Source of the DNA: Candidatus Thorarchaeota archaeon
GTDB taxonomy: Archaea; Asgardarchaeota; Thorarchaeia; Thorarchaeales; Thorarchaeaceae
Reading direction: 5' to 3'
Assembly: GCA_016933575.1 (NCBI GenBank)
Contig: JAFGAR010000081.1
Span: 201,020-265,019, forward strand
DNA length: 64,000 nucleotides
A model generated the notes under the pieces. It was not told where the DNA came from, did not search any database, and was given only the letters and a program-made list of their open reading frames with translations. Positions within the stretch are counted from its first letter, which is position 1; every line of letters begins with the position of its first letter. Below, piece after piece: positions 1 through 8,376 of the stretch. The position numbers were made by a program, and so were the translations under genes.

Positions 1-1252
1 TCATTCTAGCTTGTTTGATGGCAGTCATGCAACATACACGAGAGCAGTATTTGTTCGTCAGTTCATCACGGCTTCCTACACATTGTACGTAGACCATCTT
101 CTTTGGTTCTTTGAGGTCTGAGGGTCTCACCATATGACCCTGTGTAGGTCCTGCAGAACTTAGCATTCGCTCGACTTCACCGATATTGACAACATTTGGA
201 AACTCACCATATCCGTATTCTGGCTTTTTCGTAGCATCAAACAAATCGAATCCTGTAGCAACAATAATGGTACCTACTTCAATCTCGATTATCTTCTCAT
301 GATCATCGTAATTGATTGCCTCAGCATCGCATTTGTCCTTGCACTTTCCACATCTAACTGCATCTACACCAAGACAATTCTCCATATCGAGGAGATAGGC
401 TGATGGGACTGCTTGCGCAAATGGGATATAGATTGCTTTTCTGTAGGAGAGTTGGGCTTCAAACTCTGCGGGGACATCCACTGGGCAGACACTACTGCAG
501 TCTCCACATGATGTGCACTTTGCAACGTCTACATACCTCGGATGCTGTCGAATCTTCACCTTGAAATTACCAACATAGCCATCAACCTCATCCACCTCAG
601 CAAAGGTCAATAGTTCGATATTGGGATGAGCCCCGATCTCTGCCATTCTAGGAGTCAGAATACATGAACTGCAATCAAGAGTGGGGAATGTCTTATCCCA
701 ACGTGCCATCTTTCCACCAATGCTTGGTTCTTTCTCGACCATATAGACCTTGAAGCCAGCATTGGCAAGATCAAGGGCTGCAGAGATACCCGCAATTCCT
801 GCTCCTACAATCAGGGTGGACTTCTTGATTGAGACCTCTGGTTCTTCTAATGGTTCTAAGAGTCTTGCTCGTGCTACAGCCATGCGAATCAGGTCAATGG
901 CTTTCTCAGTTGCTGCGGCAGGATCATCTGAATGAATCCAGGAATCATGTTCTCTGATGTTAGCAATCTCCAAGAGAAATGGATTGAGTCCAACCTCACG
1001 CATCACTTGTCTGAAGGTAGGCTCATGCATTCTTGGAGAGCATGCGGCAACAACGACGCCATCTAATCTACTATTCTTAATGTGGTCCTTCACTATCTGC
1101 TGACCCGGTTTTGAACAGACATATTTGTAGTCATCAATAACTTCGACATTAGGAAGCTTAGCAATGGCTTCCTTGACTTTCTCAATATCAACAACACCAG
1201 CTATGTTACTTCCACAGTGGCAGATGAAGACACCAATCTTTCTATCAGACAT
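1..1252 (-). CDS. hdrA: Heterodisulfide reductase subunit A (5' part; runs off the window; absent from the ORF track)
   Basis: Manual translation from ATG at 1252: MSDRKIGVFICHCGSNIAG...ACSPRMHE...ANIREHDSW...GAGIAG...DKTFPTLDCSSCILTP...CTSCGDC...VQCVGSRD...YCSRVCC. No in-frame stop was seen. Confidence 0.95.
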   Translation of the reverse strand, partial: MSDRKIGVFICHCGSNIAGVVDIEKVKEAIAKLPNVEVIDDYKYVCSKPGQQIVKDHIKNSRLDGVVVAACSPRMHEPTFRQVMREVGLNPFLLEIANIREHDSWIHSDDPAAATEKAIDLIRMAVARARLLEPLEEPEVSIKKSTLIVGAGIAGISAALDLANAGFKVYMVEKEPSIGGKMARWDKTFPTLDCSSCILTPRMAEIGAHPNIELLTFAEVDEVDGYVGNFKVKIRQHPRYVDVAKCTSCGDCSSVCPVDVPAEFEAQLSYRKAIYIPFAQAVPSAYLLDMENCLGVDAVRCGKCKDKCDAEAINYDDHEKIIEIEVGTIIVATGFDLFDATKKPEYGYGEFPNVVNIGEVERMLSSAGPTQGHMVRPSDLKEPKKMVYVQCVGSRDELTNKYCSRVCCMTAIKQARM

Positions 1253-1437
1253 CTAAGGTTCCTCGGATTCAAGCATAGTGATATCAATGCGAATGGATAC
1301 AGGCGCCGTTGAATGTAGGCAATAAAGTGTTTCGGGAGCTGGCATAGCTCTTTAAGAACATTCTCTGAGGTGAGAATTCCTACCAAAAGCGTAAAAAGCG
1401 CATTTCACGGCACACTCAGCTACCCGGAGGCTATACT

Positions 1438-2211
1438 TTGCCTGGAAAGGTCTGGAACTATATAATCGATAAGCTAACAAAAGAAGGCGCCCTTCATTTC
1501 TCTTTACTGGACCCTGACCCTCTTTCCACAACCATCGAGGAAGTGGTTGAGCTGGCTGAGCTAGCAGAGAAGGCAGGGAGTGACGCAATAATGATAGGTG
1601 GAAGCACAGTCTTTGGTGTGATTGATGATGCAGTTGCAAAGATCACAGAAGCAGTAGATATTCCAACCATTCTCTTTCCCGGTAATATCACGGGGGTTTC
1701 AGAGCATGCTGATGCAATGTTCTTCATGACCCTACTGAATAGCACCAATCCCTATTGGATTATTGGTGCTCAGGCTCTTGCTGCTCCAAAGATCAAACTT
1801 GTTGGCATAGAGACTATTCCAATGGCGTATCTTATGGTGGCTCCTGGAAAGACAGCTGCATGGGTCGGAGATGCAAAGCCCTTTCTCCGTGACAAACCCA
1901 AGATACCTGCAATGTATGCTATTGCTGCAGAGTTACTTGGCATGAAACTCGTGTATCTTGAAGCAGGAAGTGGTGCTGAAGGCGGTGGAGTTCCTCCTGA
2001 GATGATTTCTGCTGTTTCCAAGTTCATTGACATACCTGTTATCACCGGTGGCGGTTTCAATGATGCAGAATCTGTTGTCCGAGCAGTTGATGCTGGAGCT
2101 TCCATTGTTGTCCAAGGAACCTACCTCGAGAAAAATGTCAAAAAAGATAAGGGCGAGGGACTCGCGAAGATTATAAAATCGTTGAAAGAAGCAGGCGCCA
2201 AGAGAGTTTAA
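1438..2211 (+). CDS. Geranylgeranylglyceryl phosphate synthase
   Basis: HFSLLDPD, IMIGGST, LFPGN, YLEAGSGA, GGG motifs of the GGGPS/PcrB family. Confidence 0.92.
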   Translation: MPGKVWNYIIDKLTKEGALHFSLLDPDPLSTTIEEVVELAELAEKAGSDAIMIGGSTVFGVIDDAVAKITEAVDIPTILFPGNITGVSEHADAMFFMTLLNSTNPYWIIGAQALAAPKIKLVGIETIPMAYLMVAPGKTAAWVGDAKPFLRDKPKIPAMYAIAAELLGMKLVYLEAGSGAEGGGVPPEMISAVSKFIDIPVITGGGFNDAESVVRAVDAGASIVVQGTYLEKNVKKDKGEGLAKIIKSLKEAGAKRV

Positions 2212-2261
2212 ATACTTGGCACCCCTCTTTCATCCAGTTTCAATGGGAGGTTAAAACACCT

Positions 2262-2657
2262 TTGTCTTCCAAGACCGATATGTTGAAAGAACTTTTATTA
2301 GATTTGAGTAGAGCCTCCCAAGGAAATGTGGAAGCTAGCGTTATCATCTCAAAGTCCCAGGGACTTCCAATCTATTCTCTTTATCCTGATGGTGTTGATG
2401 ACAAACGAATTCCCGATGAGGACGTCATAGCAGGGAGATCCACTCAGATACAAGAAGCCACACGAAAAGTCTTCAAGCAGTTAAAACGTGGCCCTCTAAT
2501 CCGAATGCTTATTGAAGGCGAAACTGGATATGTCATAATCTGTGATGCAGGGGATGATGCAATCCTTGTTGTTCTTACAAATAAGCGTGCAAATATTGGA
2601 TATATGTTCTTCTCGATGTCTAGAACTGCTCGTCGTATTCAACAAGTGTTGTCATAA
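2262..2657 (+). CDS. Roadblock/LC7 domain protein
   Basis: 131 aa; ASVIIS..GLPI, LIEGETGYVII..AGDDAILVVL, NIG pattern. Confidence 0.85.
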   Translation: MSSKTDMLKELLLDLSRASQGNVEASVIISKSQGLPIYSLYPDGVDDKRIPDEDVIAGRSTQIQEATRKVFKQLKRGPLIRMLIEGETGYVIICDAGDDAILVVLTNKRANIGYMFFSMSRTARRIQQVLS

Positions 2658-2712
2658 TCCTACGTCCCATCGTCACTTTTATCTATCCACTAAATGAGGA
2701 CCAATAAGACTG

Positions 2713-3654
2713 GTGATTATAGTGTCCAAAGAAAAGCAGAATGAAAACAATAGTGATACAGCATCCGAAGATGTGTGGGAGAAATGGCGTCGAGCAGGAG
2801 TAGTCGCCCGTGAAGCTCTTGCATTGGCACGACCGATGATTGAACCTGGTGTGAAAGTAATTGATATCATCGATACTGTAGAGAACTATATTCGTGAGAA
2901 TTCCTCGGGAACCTCATTTCCATGCAATGTATCGCTGAACAACATTGCAGCACACTATACCTCTCCCCTTAATGATGAAACAGTGATTGAGGCGGGCGAT
3001 CTTGTGACTGTTGACTGTGGCTCGCATGTTGACGGATGTATCGCTGACACTGCATTCACCATAGCTTTGAATCCTGACCATGAAGCTCTTGTCAAGGCAT
3101 CTGTAGATGCTACAAACGTAGCTATCAAGATGATGAGACCTGGTGCGAAACTCAATACTATTGGCGCCCTCATTGAAGACACTATCACTAGTGCAGGATT
3201 CAGGCCTATCAAACAATTGACTGGACACCAACTCAAGGAGTATGAGCTACACGCAGAAAAACAGGTTCCATGTGTATCTGGTAAATCAGAGGTTCTTGTA
3301 GAAGAGGGCGAGGTCTATGCTGTTGAGACCTTTGCTAGTACTGGTTCAGGGAATATCACTGACCTACCAAATCCAACTATCTATCAACTTCTTCCAATGC
3401 GCGTACCTTTGCGATTCAGCGGCTCCAAGCAGTTTGCAGGAATTGCTAGGAAGGAGTATCGTGAATTTCCATTTGCAGAGCGATGGCTTGCACAGCGTAT
3501 GAAGCATGCCACCCTAAAGATGGCTATCAGAGAGCTCCAACAGAATGGGGCACTCTTTGGTCACAAGATTCTTGCAGAGGAGAAGGGTGAGTTTGTGTCT
3601 CAACATGAGCATACAATAATCATCACAAAGGATGGTTATGAACAGACGACATGA
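2713..3654 (+). CDS. map: Methionine aminopeptidase type II
   Basis: FPCNVSLNNIAAHY, DCGSHVDGCIADTA, TGH, AVETF, SQHEHT. Confidence 0.95.
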   Translation: MIIVSKEKQNENNSDTASEDVWEKWRRAGVVAREALALARPMIEPGVKVIDIIDTVENYIRENSSGTSFPCNVSLNNIAAHYTSPLNDETVIEAGDLVTVDCGSHVDGCIADTAFTIALNPDHEALVKASVDATNVAIKMMRPGAKLNTIGALIEDTITSAGFRPIKQLTGHQLKEYELHAEKQVPCVSGKSEVLVEEGEVYAVETFASTGSGNITDLPNPTIYQLLPMRVPLRFSGSKQFAGIARKEYREFPFAERWLAQRMKHATLKMAIRELQQNGALFGHKILAEEKGEFVSQHEHTIIITKDGYEQTT

Positions 3655-3833
3655 GGTGCAGTATTTCGACACCCCCGACGATTCTCCGGTTCTTTCTTCG
3701 GTCAACACAGAAGTGTTAAAAGTCTATAATCTAAGTTATTCTATTGTGGGTCCCGGGAAACTGTCATCGGTGCTTTGACTTCTCTATGAATACTGGCGGT
3801 TACTAACCGGTTCCAACACTTGGAGGAGAGAGA

Positions 3834-4811
3834 TTGGACCGCATCCGTAGTACTGATGATAAGAAGGGAGCTGCCGAATCTTCCATTGAACTAATTTGTT
3901 GCCCAGAGTGTAAGTCTACTACCGTAGTTGAGGATACCACTCGAGGTGAACGAGTGTGCGGCGGTTGTGGTCTTGTACTATCCGACCATCGTATTGATAC
4001 CGGAGCCGAATGGCGTGCATTCAGTACTGAAGAGAGTGACTCTCGAAGTAGAGTTGGAGCACCACTTCGCTATACCGTGCATGATAAGGGACTCTCAACA
4101 GTTATTGACTGGAGAGATCGGGACACCTCTGGGAAGAAGTTGAGTCCGACACGAAGGTCGGAGATCTATCGATTGCGTAAATGGCAGATACGGTCTAGAG
4201 TACATTCGAGCATGGATCGTAATCTTGCACAGGCTATGTCCGAACTCGAACGATTGTCCTCACAGCTTGGAATCCCTGAACCAATTCGTGAGCTTGCAGC
4301 ACTTCTCTACAGAAAATCTATCATCAAGAAACTAGTCCGTGGACGAAGTATTGAAGCTATGGTGGCAGCAACGCTCTATGCTGCATGCAGGATACGGGAA
4401 AAACCCCGTCCTCTTGACGAGGTTGCTGATGCTTCGCGTATCGATAGAAAGAAATTGGGACAGTGTTATCGACTTCTTCTAAGAAATCTAGCAATCAAGA
4501 TCCCACTCTCTAATCCAGTCGCTTACATCTCCCGTTTTGCATCACAACTCGAACTCTCGAGCCCTGTGCAGCTCCGGACCGTTGAGATTTTGCAAAGAAG
4601 TCGCGATATTGGTCTCACAATAGGTCGTGACCCGCTTGGTCTTGCAGCGGCAGCAATTTACGTCGCCTCTATCATGTTAGATGAACGCCGGACACAACGA
4701 GAGATTGCTGAGGTCGCAAGGGTCACTGAAGTCACAGTACGCAATCGCTACAAAGAGATCGTAAAGAAGCTCAGTATTGATTCCATGGGTCTTGAACCTA
4801 TAGAACACTGA
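3834..4811 (+). CDS. tfb: Transcription initiation factor IIB (paralog 1)
   Basis: CPEC/CGGCG Zn ribbon, GAEWRAF, two cyclin repeats, VTEVTVRNRYKE. Confidence 0.95.
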   Translation: MDRIRSTDDKKGAAESSIELICCPECKSTTVVEDTTRGERVCGGCGLVLSDHRIDTGAEWRAFSTEESDSRSRVGAPLRYTVHDKGLSTVIDWRDRDTSGKKLSPTRRSEIYRLRKWQIRSRVHSSMDRNLAQAMSELERLSSQLGIPEPIRELAALLYRKSIIKKLVRGRSIEAMVAATLYAACRIREKPRPLDEVADASRIDRKKLGQCYRLLLRNLAIKIPLSNPVAYISRFASQLELSSPVQLRTVEILQRSRDIGLTIGRDPLGLAAAAIYVASIMLDERRTQREIAEVARVTEVTVRNRYKEIVKKLSIDSMGLEPIEH

Positions 4812-4867
4812 TCTCTCGCTCACTCTACCTGCAATAGTACTAACATGTGTTGAGGATTGGTTATATG

Positions 4868-5080
4868 CTACCTTCTTCCAGTCTGTTGGAATGACCAATC
4901 GACCTGAACCATTTGTTCTGGGAATCCAAGCTTTGACAAGACGTCTCCAATGACCCCTCTATGATCTCCTTGCAGTTCAATATGGCCATGTTTTGCGGCT
5001 CCTCCGCAAGCAAGCTTGGCTTTCAGTTTTGTAGCCAAATCACCAAGGTCAATATTCTTGTCAAAACCTTCAAGAATTAT
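4868..5080 (-). pseudogene. sui1: Displaced 3' fragment (70 codons + TAG, no start) of translation initiation factor aIF1/SUI1
   Basis: Translates IILEGFDKNIDLGDLATKLKAKLACGGAAKHGHIELQGDHRGVIGDVLSKLGFPEQMVQVDWSFQQTGRR*. By hand count, 58/70 aa are identical to 7886-8098. Confidence 0.93.
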
Positions 5081-5083
5081 GTT

Positions 5084-6208
5084 TTAGTTTCTAAAGAGTC
5101 CTAATGACATTTGGATGTGTTTTTTCATTTCTTCTGACATGCATATTACTTCAGATTGATACTTCTTGAATTCATCACGGGATGAGAAATCCAATGTGTG
5201 TACAGTAAAACCTGATTTTTTAAAAGCATCAAAGATGGTCTGTACATTCTGTTTTGAGTAATTATTAACAATCTTTCTATCCAAATTCTTAAGGATTTCA
5301 TAGCCGTATGCTGTGTAAAGAAACGTATCCCACTGGGGTCTGTTTCTAAGAACAGGTAACTTGATTCGCTCCATCTCTTCTTGTCTTATCTCTAGAATTA
5401 ATTTACTCAGTCTTGCACATTCTGCATTCTCAAGGAAATTGTCATTAATGACTATTCCCACAGTAGACCTTCCAGTTTCCACTTGGTCACACATTGTTTC
5501 AATAACAACAGGTTCGAGAGTTCTCTTTACATTTTCAATACTTGTGTCTGGAGGTATCTCAAGAATAAGTTCCAGCAAATCCTTTTCTAATAACCCATAT
5601 TGTCCAAGACTCAATCCGTTTAAGACACTAGTTTGAGCAGTGATATGTGATGTTCTTCCTTTCACAACCTCTAGCTGGGTATGAATAGGTTCCCAAGCCT
5701 GTATATTCTCTAATGGCTTATATTTTATCTTGTAAGGTGACCCTCTTGTGAATCCCCAGAAGTCATTTGTGTCAAGCCAAGTACTCACATCACTTCCTAT
5801 TTGAAAATAAACTGGGTCATCCTCTGATACGTGTTGGAGTGATTCAAAGAGTGGTGTGATATCCCAAGGCATACTCAGAAGTCCACAAACTGTCACATCA
5901 ATACTTCTAACATTCTTGAGTCTGGCCAAGGGGCATAGACTCATCTCTGTTAAGTATTGAAATCCATTTAGTTTTAATGACCTAAAATTAGTGAAGTCGG
6001 CGAGTCCGGAGAGGTCAATAGAAACGTATTTCGGTTCATTATAGCCCTGCATACTAGCTCCATACAGTTCGATATAGTCCTTTTGATATCCTCGTAAAAT
6101 TTCCTCTACTTCCGACTGGTGAATCTCTTCTTGTTCGGTTTTAAATTTCAGATATGCCTTTGAACTCATTACGTTGATTTTTACTGCATCAGTCAATTTA
6201 AGACTCAC
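5084..6208 (-). CDS. Hypothetical protein with a short LRR-like N-terminal segment
   Basis: 374-aa AT-rich ORF; IDLSGLADFTNFRSLKL / MSLCPLARLKNVRSIDV / DITPL repeats. Confidence 0.6.
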   Translation of the reverse strand: MSLKLTDAVKINVMSSKAYLKFKTEQEEIHQSEVEEILRGYQKDYIELYGASMQGYNEPKYVSIDLSGLADFTNFRSLKLNGFQYLTEMSLCPLARLKNVRSIDVTVCGLLSMPWDITPLFESLQHVSEDDPVYFQIGSDVSTWLDTNDFWGFTRGSPYKIKYKPLENIQAWEPIHTQLEVVKGRTSHITAQTSVLNGLSLGQYGLLEKDLLELILEIPPDTSIENVKRTLEPVVIETMCDQVETGRSTVGIVINDNFLENAECARLSKLILEIRQEEMERIKLPVLRNRPQWDTFLYTAYGYEILKNLDRKIVNNYSKQNVQTIFDAFKKSGFTVHTLDFSSRDEFKKYQSEVICMSEEMKKHIQMSLGLFRN

Positions 6209-6258
6209 TGTGATTGTTGATTTATCATCTCCTTGATGAATATTCGAGTGAAGCTAGA

Positions 6259-7032
6259 TTAATCATGCAGACTTCCAAAGGCGTACTGGTCACGAGATGC
6301 TGCGAAGTTAATTGCCAGTAATGGTTCATCTGTTGAGCTTGTGCTGAACACATTGGGCTTATCGAGGCCGCTATCAGTGAGCGACCATCCCACCATCTCA
6401 GTATAGCCGAAGTTGACATCATGGGGAACTGAGAGCTTCCCATTCATGCCCTCAGGGAGGTCTACGAACACATTGAGGATTGTAAAGAAGGAGAGTTCTA
6501 CATTCAGACCTGTATCCGTGAAGTTCACGTTCTCTGTGAAGATGATGTTGCAGATGCCTTCATTGGTACTGATTTTGACGTCCTGACCTGCAAGCTCTGC
6601 CCCATTGTCATAAATTAGTGTAACATTCAGATTACGACCATCAATGAAGACCTGATAGTAGGTGGCAGTTCCAAGGATCACATCAATAGATGCTATCTTG
6701 TAATCACCCATTCCATCAAGGACTAGATGGTAAGCATCTGGATCGTATGATGGCTCGTAGAGAGAGTAGTGATGATGCATTCCGGGTTCATACTGAACCA
6801 CATCTATGGAATAGAGAAGATTGGGATTGTCCACAAAGGTGATGGTGACGTTTGTCGATGGTGCGCGGAGGGCTCTTAGGAATAACACAGCATGTTTGGT
6901 ACTTCCAGCAGGATAGGCGCACTCGTAGTGGAAATGAGTCTGAACCAAGGGGATACCTACGAACACCACCAGACCCACCACTACAATGACTCCCACACTG
7001 ATTGAGACCATTTTTCTTCGTTCCATTCTCAC
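6259..7032 (-). CDS. Membrane-anchored protein with a beta-rich extracellular domain
   Basis: Basic N-terminus followed by one hydrophobic helix; several NxT sequons; GAGGTGA RBS upstream. Confidence 0.7.
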   Translation of the reverse strand: MRMERRKMVSISVGVIVVVGLVVFVGIPLVQTHFHYECAYPAGSTKHAVLFLRALRAPSTNVTITFVDNPNLLYSIDVVQYEPGMHHHYSLYEPSYDPDAYHLVLDGMGDYKIASIDVILGTATYYQVFIDGRNLNVTLIYDNGAELAGQDVKISTNEGICNIIFTENVNFTDTGLNVELSFFTILNVFVDLPEGMNGKLSVPHDVNFGYTEMVGWSLTDSGLDKPNVFSTSSTDEPLLAINFAASRDQYAFGSLHD

Positions 7033-7064
7033 TCACCTCTCACTTCTCGTGTTCGAATTTATGT

Positions 7065-7772
7065 TCATCGCATATTCCCCAGCATGACAGGGATACGCAT
7101 AACGAGCATAGCCATGTTCAGACTTAATGCAATTGAGGGAAGTATCAGTCTAGCCTTACTTGCTTGTATCCTTGTTGAACCGTCTTCCAAGGTGACAAGC
7201 GAGATTCCTCTCCTCCCCATTGCCCGAAGCAGTCCACTGGTGATGATGGAGAGCGTCATGGCAGTGAAGAAGACCTCTCCGCCGCCTATTGGTTGTGCGC
7301 TCTTATCATACCGGAGAACATTATCGAAGGCCATCTCAAAGATGACCTCGCCAACCAGTTCAAAATACTCTTTGACTCCACGATAGAGTAACGAGCCCAG
7401 CTCTCGGGCTGAACTCATCTGAGAGATCTTCTTCAGGGTACTACTGAAGCCGAGGTCAAGCAGGTCATCTATCGTTGTCCCGAATCGACTGAGAACACTG
7501 CTTCCAGTACGTCGTAGCCCTGCACCTAACGCTCCAAGGTCTGCAAAGTTCTCTGCAAGGACTCCACCGAACCTGTTCCCTGCCCACCTAGCAAATCTTC
7601 CAAGACCCTTCGCTGCGGCCCCAATGCCAAAGGAGATACCGTTTGATAATGCTTCGGTCAGGATGAGGTTCCATCCTTGGTCAGAAGTGATACCCCAGAT
7701 ACTGAAGTTACCGATGTAGTTCCTGTCAACTCCAAGAGCCTGCATGGCACCAAGCAGGATGTGGTCGAACAT
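7065..7772 (-). CDS. Gly/Ala-rich hydrophobic protein, possibly an orphan C-terminal fragment of a larger protein
   Basis: 235-aa ORF, GISFGIGAAAKGLGRF, two C-terminal hydrophobic segments. Confidence 0.55.
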   Translation of the reverse strand: MFDHILLGAMQALGVDRNYIGNFSIWGITSDQGWNLILTEALSNGISFGIGAAAKGLGRFARWAGNRFGGVLAENFADLGALGAGLRRTGSSVLSRFGTTIDDLLDLGFSSTLKKISQMSSARELGSLLYRGVKEYFELVGEVIFEMAFDNVLRYDKSAQPIGGGEVFFTAMTLSIITSGLLRAMGRRGISLVTLEDGSTRIQASKARLILPSIALSLNMAMLVMRIPVMLGNMR

Positions 7773-7791
7773 GGGCCACGATTTTTGTCCA

Positions 7792-7830
7792 CCCCTCCTA
7801 GTCCCCCGACCTCCACCCCCACCACTCCCC
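7792..7830 (-). other. G-quadruplex-type motif G4-N6-G5-N8-G5-N7-G4
   Basis: Plus-strand C tracts at 7792-95, 7803-07, 7816-20, 7827-30. Confidence 0.55.
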
Positions 7831-7885
7831 TTTTTCCTTTTTTGTTTCTAAGCATGTATAATTGAAACACGTTCTCGAATTGATT

Positions 7886-8230
7886 CTATCTTCTTCCAGT
7901 CTGCTGGAATGACCAATCTATGTTGATTGCTTCTTTTGGAAATCCGAGTTTTTCCAGAACTTCTCCTATATTTGCCCTATGGTCTCCCTGCAGCTCGATA
8001 TGACCGTGTTTTGCAGCTCCTCCACAGGCAAGCTTGGCTTTCAACTTCGTGGCAAGGTCGTTTAGATCGATATTTTTATCGAAGCCTTCTAAGATCAAAG
8101 TCAAACGACCCCATTTACGGCGCTCGACAGTCACATTAATTCTTGCCTCTTCCTGAGCGATTGTTTCGCACACACAGAGATCCTGAGGCAAACCACAATT
8201 CGGGCAGATTCCGCCTTCGTCGTTACTCAC
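7886..8230 (-). CDS. sui1: Translation initiation factor aIF1/SUI1
   Basis: CPNCGLPQDLCVC, KLKAKLACGG, IELQGDHR. Confidence 0.95.
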   Translation of the reverse strand: MSNDEGGICPNCGLPQDLCVCETIAQEEARINVTVERRKWGRLTLILEGFDKNIDLNDLATKLKAKLACGGAAKHGHIELQGDHRANIGEVLEKLGFPKEAINIDWSFQQTGRR

Positions 8231-8376
8231 GCATTTATGTACTCCTGAGATTTAGTTATAGCAATATGCTAAGGGAAGAGAGCCCTCTCGTACATATAAG
8301 TTATGCTTTACCCTATCAAAATAAAAAAGATGCGTAAAAGAGCAAGAATTAAGCGGAAAAACAGACCCAAGAAACT

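Larger units (their letters stand above)
5081..7885. mobile_element. Genomic islet inserted in the SUI1 gene (no integrase visible)
   Basis: Bounded by two divergent copies of the SUI1 3' end; contains three non-housekeeping minus-strand ORFs. Confidence 0.7.

Noticed and set aside
4868-8098. Diversity-generating retroelement template/variable repeat pair
   Set aside because: Mismatches are mostly synonymous third-position changes of all base types, not adenine-specific, and no reverse transcriptase is present.
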